Part shown: positions 54,152-64,000 of the stretch, one piece after another
Position numbering within the stretch: the stretch's first letter is position 1
Layout: each line of letters begins with the position of its first letter
Source of the DNA: Paramecium tetraurelia
Lineage: Eukaryota
Length of the DNA: 64,000 nt
Direction of reading: 5' to 3'
Assembly: GCA_000165425.1 (NCBI GenBank)
Contig: CT868674.1
Coordinates: 62,001-126,000 of the forward strand
Notes under the pieces: model-generated
Told to the model about the DNA's origin: nothing
Database searches by the model: none
Seen by the model: only the letters and a program-made list of their open reading frames with translations
Position numbers and translations under genes: made by a program

Positions 54152-56760
54152 ATGGACACATCTAATTCTCCACAGATTTCAAAATGGCACTCTTTAGATG
54201 TCTATAAAATAGAAGATTCTCAACACTGATGTTAGTTTTAAATTAAAGTATGTATGCCTATAGTCCCAAACAGAAATATAAGTATTCCATTATAAAAATT
54301 AATTATTTCGAAATGTATACAGTTTATACCTCATAAAATGGTTCAATTGCTCTTAATTAACTGCTTAACTTTACCGCATGACACTCTACTGAAGGTTGTT
54401 CTGTGTTCAAAGAACATCTTCTCATACACTCCCGTGCTAATCACAAACATTTAACCAACTCACTCTCCTTCAAAGAAAGGTTCCCCTAATAAACAATTGA
54501 TTGGCTATAGAAAATTCTAAGAGGAGAAGTTGAGGGCTAATTGCCCATGACTTTCTACCCCTTGTACAAACCCCATCGATATAATATTTCAAATGATGGA
54601 GACTATGTGTTTGAGATCAAATGTCGGCAATTAGGTCCATGTTTTCTCAGAATAATTTGGGTAGAATTTGAGGATAGAAGGATACACGAGATGGGATAGG
54701 CCTTTAATTTTGTAGTTTGGAATCCCTTCATGTTATAATCTCAAAGATTTAACTATTTAGACAGTTTTACCAAATTTATTAAGAAAATGGGATTTGGATG
54801 GGTTTTAATCCTTCCATTTGTATTCAATACAGGAAGTATCCCACAGTCTATAAGCGATTAAGGTTCATTTGAGTATAATATACTTCCATAATTTCGAGGA
54901 ACTTCAAAAATTATTGAATCATATAAAAAGATCTTTTTTATAGATGTTGTGTTGAATCATGTAGCAAAGGAGAGTGAATGATTGAATGATGAAGAATGTG
55001 TAAATTAAGTATATGAGTAAATTAGGATTGAATGGATAAGTGGACGAATTATTTTATTGTCAGAATTCCCCCTCTATTGTTCATAAATTATAAAGTTGTG
55101 CTTACATCCAACATATCTCAGGATGATTGACGAAAATCAATTAACCAATCATATGAACACCATCATTGAGATTAAACCTATGAAGGTCTATAAATCATTA
55201 ACTTTCATCCGCTAACTTGCTTAATATTACTATCAATACACCTATTTGGAATCCATTCAAGAGGAAATCCTCCTCATTACTAGATTTTAGGAGAATTCTC
55301 TTAGTCTCTTTGAAGAATAGGAAATTCTATGAAATTCTTTAAAATTCAACTAAAAGCCAAATTAATCATGATGCGAGGCTCTACTAATACTAAAAATAAT
55401 TAAATCATTGCCCTCGATCTTTAAACCACATTATTTTATTAATTGCATAAAACACATTATTTAAAGTATTGAAGACAAATATATTCAACACAGAGAGAAT
55501 TTCTTTAAATAAATTGATATCTCATCTACTTATTTTACTCTCTATGATTTGTTAAAGGTAGAAAAACCTTTATGAGTTTCAAAGTTATCTTAATTTTGAC
55601 AAGCAAGACTCAACATTTCTTTTAGAAAAGACTGCTGAGGCTAAGGCTCTGATTTTTTAGTATGTCAATTTAATGTAGCATGGCCTAATTCCTAATTCAT
55701 TAAAACCCCTAAGGTATAACAAAAGAGACAATTATTTTTTGTGGATCAATTCTATCCTTGACTATGTAATATATACAGATGAATTTTCTATCATGAGTTT
55801 ATTACAAGATTAAATTCAATCGATCTTTGAATCTCAAGCGACAGGGATCTCATTTAAGGAGATACTTACAAATGACTACATAGACAAAGAAGTATTGTTA
55901 TGAATTATAATAGGGTTTGCTTGTTGAGCTTAAACTGGATTCAGAAACTGCTTTCATTATGAGAGGAAATCACAAGAATTGTTTAACTTGGATGGATAAA
56001 ATAGGATAAGTTGCCTTAAATAAAGGATATCCGGCTGCATCTAGACCTATTGTAAGCAAAGCCTTATTAAAAGCTTGTCTTGATTTCATTGGGAAGATTT
56101 ATCAAATGAATAAATATCCATATCCAGGACTCAAGTTAATGAATAGGATGGTTACTTGAAGAGCATGGTCAGATTTTATTTGGTAGCATTTCGAAAAGAG
56201 CTATTACATTTTATTGGACCCAACCTATTATAATGAATATTGGGTTATTGAAAAACATGTAAGGAGAGAAGGAATTTATAGAGACATCTTTAAATTGTTC
56301 CAAGCATCGATCTGAATACTGATTGAGACCAAATTCTTGTATTGCTATTGCCTTGGATCCAGATTTTTTTTTAAAAAATTATGTTGTGCATCACTTATCG
56401 TTGATGGAATCTACTTTGATGAGTCGGAATTCACTTGGTTTAAATATTCTCTTTCCTATTGCAAGTAAATACAGTGGTAAATATCTTCAATGGACAGATC
56501 ATTTCAATGCTTAAGATGGATTCTCAATTCGCAATGGATCTGGATTATTTTCTTGCTTGGATATTATCTGAAATCATTTCTAAAAATCCATAAATAAGAT
56601 ATCAAGAAAGAAATATTTTATGCCTAACTTGCTCTTATCAAACAACACTACAGACTCAGACTTATCTTAATTATTATTGCAGAATTATTCCTATAAGATT
56701 TTGCAATAACTTTGGGGTTAAGTAAGAATATTATTGAATAGTCTAAGAACCATTGTAGAT
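54152..56760 (+). pseudogene. Degenerate glycogen debranching enzyme (AGL/Gdb1-like)
   Basis: DVVLNHVAKESE*L, HGLIPN..RYNKRD, CLTWMDK..NKGYPAASR, GIYRD..LRPNSCIAIALDP. Multiple in-frame TGAs (54227, 54979) and frameshifts. End approximate. Confidence 0.75.
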
Positions 56761-57147
56761 GAATATATTTATAAGACAATTTATTAGATTAATGAACAAA
56801 AATGAATATTTGCAATTGTGGGATTGTTTAAGAAATTGAATTAGTTATTCATAATAATTTATAAAAATATCTAATTTTAATAAATTATTAAGAATAATAA
56901 TAAGCAGTAAAAGATTATTGTCATAGAGGGAATAAGAATATAAATCTAAATAATTCCCTAAGAGCTAAAATCTTGACAGTAAAATTCTTATTTAATAAAT
57001 AAAATTTAAATTAATTGATATGAAATATGAATATGTAAATTAGTATAAATTCTTTATATCCCCTATTGACTTATTCTTTTGATTTTTTCAATTTAGTACT
57101 GAAAGGAAAATTCCTCAAATAATGTATAATTAATAAATTAATATAAT

Positions 57148-58171
57148 ATGCTTATTGAAATTATTTTACTTTTAAGTTCTTCCTCATTTGCTCTTCTCTT
57201 TCAAGCTGATGAACTGGGAGAATAAATTCACGATTGTGCAAAGTTGTTTATATTCGGAACACTTATTACTGAATATCCTTGGATGATGGTAGGAATTATC
57301 ACTTTTGTGTGGATTAAAGAATGTTTCAGATCAAAGGATTCTCATCAACAGGACAAGCATCAGCCGAACCCTGCCATTATTATACATCATGCAAGAGATG
57401 GTGCCACGGCCACATCAACTGAAAATGTACCACCTACCATAGAGGCTGTGTAAATCTTCGACTATGCTACTGGAGAAAGCCAATATGCATTAATCTAGAA
57501 AACTGAGAAGAGTTTGTTGACTCAATTAGGAGTCACAATGAAGAATACAATTTTGTTAGAGAAAGGCAGACAATAAGATGCAAGTGTTAATTCCAAATTA
57601 ATCTCACATATTGATCAACAGAAGAGGGCTAATGCTTAGAATATTTCCATCATTTATGAAGACAACAGCGAGTACCAATAAAACTAGGTAAAACCTCATG
57701 TTTCCATTCCATTTAAAATTGGGGATTTTGATAAGTAGATGGGCGAAATTATATAGGCAGAAATATTATCGGGGGAATATCCAATGGAGAGTAAAGTAGT
57801 TGATACAAAATTAAAGTACGAGTAGGCTTTGATTTCGATTTTAATAAGTATCAATAGAATATTACAATTAAGTCTCAGTGATTCCTCAGGTTGATGGTTT
57901 GGTATTCAGATTGGTTAATTCAATTCTATTTGGAGTAGTGCTTCATTCAGCAGTGCAAAGAAAAGAGATACTAACAATGTCTCACCTTATATATATGATT
58001 ATACTATTAACTGGTTGTGTAGTTGCCTATATTATCGGATTATATTATCAATCTATCAATATTAGATAAACACTTTTGGGGTGTCTGTTATGGTCATTTC
58101 AACACGTCAACCCAAACCTATGTTTATTGGTGTTTCCTCTACCCACACTATTGTATTTAGAAGGCTTATGA
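57148..58171 (+). CDS. Multi-pass membrane protein with long cytosolic loop (ZIP-transporter-like topology)
   Basis: 3 N-terminal hydrophobic segments, His-containing loop, about 4 C-terminal TMs. Family is only a guess from topology. Confidence 0.65.
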
Positions 58172-58327
58172 ATATTTAGTTTCAATTAAATTGCTTGGAC
58201 TTGATATATATTTATATGTGTGTATCAATCTTGATATAAATAATTATATAAATGAAAATGGAATGTAATAATTAAGATTGTATAACTTAGAAATGTGTAT
58301 ATTATAATGAAATGGAATTGCAATTAT

Positions 58328-59117
58328 TCAACATTTAAATTGTATTAGCACTGAGTCACCCAATTTGATCCAATTCTGCAGTCCTTTCTAGAACTCGGAT
58401 AAATTCAAGGAAATGTTATTTAAATTAAATGTCGTATCAATGGAGTTGACGATGTACACATTTTTATAAGTTGGAGTTTGTCTTAGAATTTCAAGACCTG
58501 ATATAATGTATAGGCAGTACTTTCTAGAATGTATGTTGCCTTTTCCAATAATTGATAATCATTGGTAGATTTGGCTAATTTGATAACATCATATGCTCTG
58601 GATTATTTATCCATCCAGATTTATTCTTAGGTGTCAATGTTATTCACTTGGATTTCGTAATGTTGATTAATGAGATTGACAACTTCATCTTTTCTTTGCT
58701 TAATCAATTTGAAAATGGTGGCAAAGGTTTATTCAACTTCTTTGAGTACTTTTTGTTTTGATTCCTCGAAGGTTAATTTTGTATGTCTAATGTCGACGAG
58801 AACAGTTTCTGTTTTTTCCAATCTCAAGATTCCTACTTAGAAGGGAGTCGAATTACCATCTTTTGCTGCTTGATCCATGGATGATCTGATGTCTTTGGTG
58901 GCTTTATCCATCTAATCAACTAGATGTCCTTTATGATCTCCAAACATCAAACAAGTCGGACAAATAAGACTAGATAAATACAATGGGAATACACGTGACA
59001 TGAGGTGCAGAAGGCTTCCAGTTGTCTTTTATGGGCGGTGCATTCTCCGACTCTGAGAGTATCATCACTGTTAAGTTATTTAGTAGATGGTCCTGATTTG
59101 AGTTATTCGGAAATCAT
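58328..59117 (-). CDS. B-box zinc finger + coiled-coil protein
   Basis: CTAHKRQLEAFCTSCHVLICPTCLMFGDHKGH after removing a 23-nt intron. Coiled coil follows. Confidence 0.88.
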
Positions 59118-59241
59118 AAATTTTATTTATCAATAAAATCGAAATCGCATCCACATTTAATGAAGTGGAGGGATGCAATAGGGTATCTGAAATGGTATTC
59201 AATGATTAATGTATTTAAATGTACGATATGTTATAATAACT

Positions 59242-59655
59242 TCACAATCCCTTAATTTTATCTTCGACGAATTGTTTTTCATTTTCACTTACTTCAATTG
59301 CAAAATCTTTGAGTGCAACAGATGAGCACTTTCTTGATTTGATCTTCTTAGTCTTAGTAAGGAATTTAGAAATGCCAATCCATTCTCCCAACAAAGCACC
59401 TTTTTCTACTTTCCAAACTGGGATCTAGAATTATTTAGCCAAAGCAACAATCAATTTCTTGTATGTGTCTTCAGTGCAATCATCAGCCAAAACCACGAAT
59501 TTTGCCTAGAATGAAGAGTATTCATACTTGTTTGCTTTCAATGGCTTTGCACACTTCGTTGGACTCCCTTCAGCCAACAATCCTCTATGTAATGATGTTT
59601 AAACAACTCTCTTTAAGGTTGTGAGTTCTTCTGATAATTACTCGACTTCTGCCAT
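59242..59655 (-). CDS. RPS12: 40S ribosomal protein eS12; two apparent 1-nt insertions
   Basis: LKRVVQTSLHRGLLA..EVCKAIESKQAKFVVLADDC..YKKLIVALA..LGEWIG..RKCSSVALKDF. 22-nt intron. Frame broken at about 59560-59571. Confidence 0.92.
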
Positions 59656-59770
59656 AATAAATAATTTAAATCTTATTTAAATTAAGAAACCCCTCTCTTA
59701 TGAAATATTACAAAGTAAAGTAAAAAATATACAATCACAATTATTTTCATTTCCTCTTAATACAGCTATA

Positions 59771-61142
59771 TCACATCAATATAACCTAAGAGTTATAGTG
59801 AATGTCTTTAACTAATTAAAATTTTAATTCATCAGAATGTTTGATTTTAATTGTGCAAATAGGTTGATCCAAATTCTACAGGATTCTCATTTTGAATCTC
59901 AGAGACTGTCTCAATTCCTCCTTCTTCTATTACAACTTGAGTTGATGTTCCTTTTTTTGTTTATCAAATCTAACTTTCTAACATTCTCTCCTCTATTAAT
60001 CGACAATCTACTCCTGCCTCTAATTGATTTTTTGATAGTGAGCATAGAAGTGATCAAAATTAGCCCGAACTCCATCAAAGATTGAAGCTCTGTTCCGATC
60101 CACGAGCATTAACTTAACTTTTTTTTTGTTCTTCTTCGTCCTATCAGCTATCAATAGGGTCCTATTGTTGTTAGTGTAAATGAGTTATTTATTTAGTTGA
60201 TGAACTCCCAACTTGGTGTAGATGTCAAGATCCCAAGATTGCAACATCGTGGGATTCTTAGGCCACATAACACTCTTCTCCTTTATCTGTTGGTATTGTT
60301 CATCCATAAAATCGATAAGTTCTGTGGATAGAGGGATTGAATTAAACTGATAGGAACAATCATGGTTGGAACACGATTCAAATATTTTATTTCTGTTGTC
60401 TCTCTGCTGCTGTTCCAATTGCTCTTCTGGCTTGTAGAAACGCTTGAGCTCCTTCAAGTTGCCAAATAAATCATTGCAATTATTGAATGAATTTACAAAA
60501 TTAAACTCCTCCTCTTTGATTAACTGCAATTTCAGCAATTCTCTTTGTCTTACTTGTCTCACCAAATTCAGTGCTATCAAGTTCTCATTCAAGAGGATTT
60601 CTCTGGCTACATCAATGGAATGTATATCCAAATGCTTCTATCGTTTTTGCTTGTACGCTTTGCTCGGTCTAAATGCCACATTCATCCGATAACTAAGATG
60701 CTACAATAAGAATCATACTCATTCTCTTGAGCTCGCATGAAGACTCTCAAAAGGGGCCTTTATAATCGTTCAGCCTTTTTGTTATAGTAGGTTTCATCGT
60801 ATTCCAATGTGTTGAGTAACGAATATTGTTTAGAGTAATTGCGATTGGAATTCAGATGACGCCTAAGATCCAATTGCTGCATTACTTTGGGGTTAATGCC
60901 AGCCTCCAAATCCTCCTCATCACAAGAGTACTCATTCTCATCAGGGTACACTATATTTGAATGAATGTAAACAGTGGGCAATTAGATTGTGGTCTCAGCA
61001 ACAGTTGAAATGGGCACAAAATTGGGGACTTCGATTTGTTTGCAAGGGATTGGCTATGTAGATTGGTAATGAGTACTTCCAATTGTTCGTAATCCCATTT
61101 ATCCTTCTTTACAAAAACCACATTCGGATCAATGTTCTTCAT
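59771..61142 (-). CDS. Enhancer of polycomb-like protein (EPL1/EPC, NuA4 subunit)
   Basis: IEVPNF..LPTVYIH..EYSCDEED, YYNKKAERLQRPLLR, NVAFRP, ALNLVRQVRQRELLK match the EPcA layout. 2 introns. Confidence 0.65.
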
Positions 61143-61312
61143 TCTTTTTAAGATTTAATTTTGTTTAATTTATACACTCAAAAGTCAAAGAAAGCACAAT
61201 CCAAAAGGAGAACCTCAAGTCCACATTTGAGTATTGAGAATGTTACTGATCAAATATCCAACTATATAAAGTACTCTCATATAATTGAATGACATATTAT
61301 TAATTTATTAAA

Positions 61313-62484
61313 ATGTTTACAACAAGATTTGTGTATAGATTTGCTAAATCTGTACCCGTGGTCGATGTTACGGCCTTCCTCGCCAAAAAGGGGGACACCT
61401 CCGCACAATGTGCCCAAGTAGCAGAGGCTCTCCACAACTACGGTGCCATTTGCATCAAGGACCCTCGAGTTAATGACCGTCATAATGTCGACTTTTTGGA
61501 TATGATGGAAAAGTATTTTGAGTCCAGAGCAGCCAAATTCTATAACGATGAAAAGGTATCCCCATGGTTTTTATTCAAGGTTGAAGATATCTTCCCGAAT
61601 TATGCTTATCAGGTTGGAGCGACACCAGAGTTCGTTGAAAAGGCCAGAACTCACAATAATATTGTCAAATAATATACCAAGGAAAATGAAGCCTTGACTC
61701 CATAACCTGCTCCATATGTAATATCCGTCTCTATTCCTAGGATGCCAAGTGGAGATTCTTTTGGCCCATCGATGACTCAGGCAAACGAACCAAAGATGAA
61801 GAGTATTAGATTTAGACTTATATTATTATAGTTTCAATCCTCCAAGATTCAGACCCAAGGATGTTCCTTAGTTTGGAGAACGAATGGAATAGTGGGGCAA
61901 GATGATGATCAATGGGTGCTTGACTGTGGCTGAGATGGCTGCCGTCGGTATGAGCATTCCAGCTGACTCTTTTACCAGCAGAATGTAAAATGGACCTCAT
62001 TTGCTTGCTCCAACTGGTTCTGATCTGGATAGACACAAACCAGGAACCATTTTCGCAGGATTCCATTATGATTTGAATTTCCTCACCATTCACGGCAAGA
62101 GTCGTTACCCTGGTTTGTATGTGTGGTTGAGAAATGGAGAGAGAATCTCAGTTGCTGTCCCAGAAGGTCACTTGCTCCTTTAAGCTGGTGCCCAATTCGA
62201 TTTGCTCACTGGCGGATATGTGACTTGTGGATATCATGAAGTATTTTACAATCCCAATTTAGGTCATCTATACTGAAGAGGCCAAGAAAAAATACGAAGA
62301 AAACAAGAAAGTCGGTAAGAGCACTTGGAGAGTCTCATCAACCCTATTTTCGCATATTAATTCCGATGTCACTCTTTAACCATTAGATAAATTCGCTAAG
62401 CAAGGATTGCCACCAAAATACAAGCCCATCAAGGCATTTGATCAGGTCTAATAGGAATTGGAAGCCATCAAATTAAAGTTATGA
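61313..62484 (+). CDS. 2-oxoglutarate/Fe(II)-dependent dioxygenase (IPNS-like fold), probable mitochondrial presequence
   Basis: VPVVDV, GFHYDLNFLTIHGKSRYPGL (HxD), GYHEV (His), WRVSSTLF (RxS). Arg-rich N-terminus. Confidence 0.92.
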
Positions 62485-63109
62485 TGCATATAAACTGATT
62501 TGTATATGGCAATCAATATTAATATCAATATTAAAATTGACTTCTATAACTTATTCGTTCTTTGAAACAAATTTATTTTTATATTACTAATTTATATAAT
62601 AAAAATTTATTAATTAATATAGGACATATGGAATCCCATTTTTAACCTAAAATTCCAATATAGAAATAAAAATCATTTAATATTCCCTTATTCGTGTAGA
62701 TTATCTAGCATTGTGTTCGAGTTTGATTGATAATGCGAAATAGAGTGGTGGCTTAGCACAACACTTGGGGGGAGGGGAGGGAGAGTTAAAAATAGTAGAG
62801 GGACTCCATTTGAGTTTGTGAATAGGGAAGCATTGTAAAATAAAATAACTAATTTGAATTTAATAATTAAATCATCAAAATGAAACGAATTCGAAGGAAT
62901 TGAGGAAAGTTTAATTAAAGATAATGATGTTGTAATATTTTAACTAATTTATAATATTATTTATTAATTTTAGGAAATTAGAAAGAGTACAATTTGTGAA
63001 TGTGTAAAAAATTCTTATAGTTTTGAGATTGGGATAATTTTTATACTGATGTCAACGACAATATATGGTTTTTATTAATTATTAATATATAAATATTTGA
63101 TAATAAAAA

Positions 63110-64000
63110 ATGCTAACTCATTTACCAAAATGCGCATCATTGATACAAGATGAAAGATCTCTGGAGTACGACCGATTAACAAAGAGACTAGAGAAGTCAA
63201 TCGTTGAGAACTCCCTCTACAGATTGGCTACGGATATTAAATTTTTGTAAGGCTTTTATTCTGTTCACTCTTTCAATCAGGAGGAGAAGGAGAAGCTTTT
63301 CGCTCTATTGATTGAATACAGTCTTCAAAAGTATGTGTATAGTACAAAACATTTATTCTAAACCCCCTGCACTCCAAAAAAAATTAAACTATTTCTGTCA
63401 GCATTCACCAAGAAGATATGCAATAATATTTAGATTAAATACGAGGATCTGAAACAAATTTACGACGAAGTCAATCAGAATGGCTTAGATACAACATTCG
63501 ACAACACCGATTAATAAATCAGGAGAGGAATTTAGTGCTTGCAAGAGTAAAATTTTAGTTTACAAATAGATTTTTCGCATTATTTCGACACTTAATTCCA
63601 CCAAGTTACTTCCCCTAATTGATAGAAAACTATTTGCAAGGCGAGAATCTCAATCAGAGGTTGTTTAGAGTAGTAAAGTCAGAGCCCATCTCCACCTACA
63701 CAAAGAGTTTCGAGATGCTGATAGAATTTAAGAAGTCTTCGCATGTAGTTAGACAATTGGATCCATTTTTGATAGCCTAGTTGATCTCGTAAAATTATAA
63801 CATTCTACCTTTATAGATATCGTCCCGATTTGCCAATCGACAATTATTTGGACTTCATTTTGGAGGATATTTACAATAACTATATAGTGCTCTTATTAAA
63901 CATCTAAAACTTATCTAATTAAGCTCCCATCTAAATTCATCATGGCGGCATGAGACCCTCGGATTTCATTTAACCCTTGGTCTATTTGATTGGGTCCTCA
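63110..64000 (+). CDS. 5' part of a large helical protein, possibly proteasome activator PA200/Blm10-like (truncated by window)
   Basis: Open frame to window end with at least one intron. N-terminus LP..E..L..FNQEEKEKLFALL loosely resembles the PSME4 N-terminus. Confidence 0.5.

Noticed and set aside
54979..54981. TGA read as Trp (context-dependent stop reassignment)
   Set aside because: The same gene has other stops and frameshifts, and intact genes in the window use TGG for Trp. A TGG>TGA nonsense mutation is simpler.
2284..60692. Many ORF-track entries (e.g. 2284-2502+, 49351-49542+, 52074-52409+, 59837-60085+, 60444-60692+, 15744-16085- frame)
   Set aside because: They are antisense or off-frame shadows of real genes, produced by using the standard code.
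1..64000. Retained IESs, transposons, telomeric arrays or CRISPR
   Set aside because: No transposase/RT motifs, no tandem G4T2/G3T3 arrays and no spacer-repeat array were seen. TA-bounded IESs cannot be called without germline/somatic comparison.

Overview
AT-rich, gene-dense ciliate macronuclear DNA, almost certainly Paramecium (aurelia-complex style). TAA/TAG encode Gln, TGA is the only stop, and genes carry tiny (about 20-31 nt) GT..AG introns. The supplied standard-code ORF track therefore shows only fragments. Re-reading by hand with the ciliate code gives about 30 genes. These include SF3B1, a WD40 protein, a TMEM70/186-like protein, a CK1-family kinase, a PHO80-type cyclin, a SHIPPO/ODF3-repeat protein, a long coiled-coil protein, NDUFC2, CDC27, a SPRY-like protein, SPB1 and an MST/Hippo-like kinase. 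Also present are RLP7/uL30-like, LARP4-like, VPS35L, a PAP2 phosphatase, a repeat-domain surface protein, a Neverland Rieske sterol desaturase, a MORN protein, a DNAH6-like dynein heavy chain (interrupted by an under-sized N gap), a B-box protein, eS12, EPL1-like, a 2OG-Fe(II) dioxygenase and tRNA-Pro(AGG). At least two pseudogenes are visible (vWA-domain protein, glycogen debranching enzyme). No mobile element, CRISPR array or clear novel multi-gene system is visible. The best leads are: natural cancer-hotspot-like substitutions (E622D, D781E) in SF3B1 of a tiny-intron organism, single-base frameshifts in SF3B1 and eS12, stop-free 3n introns, an internally collapsed debranching-enzyme relic and a dually acylated microprotein. 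All family calls come from motif recognition by eye, not database searches.
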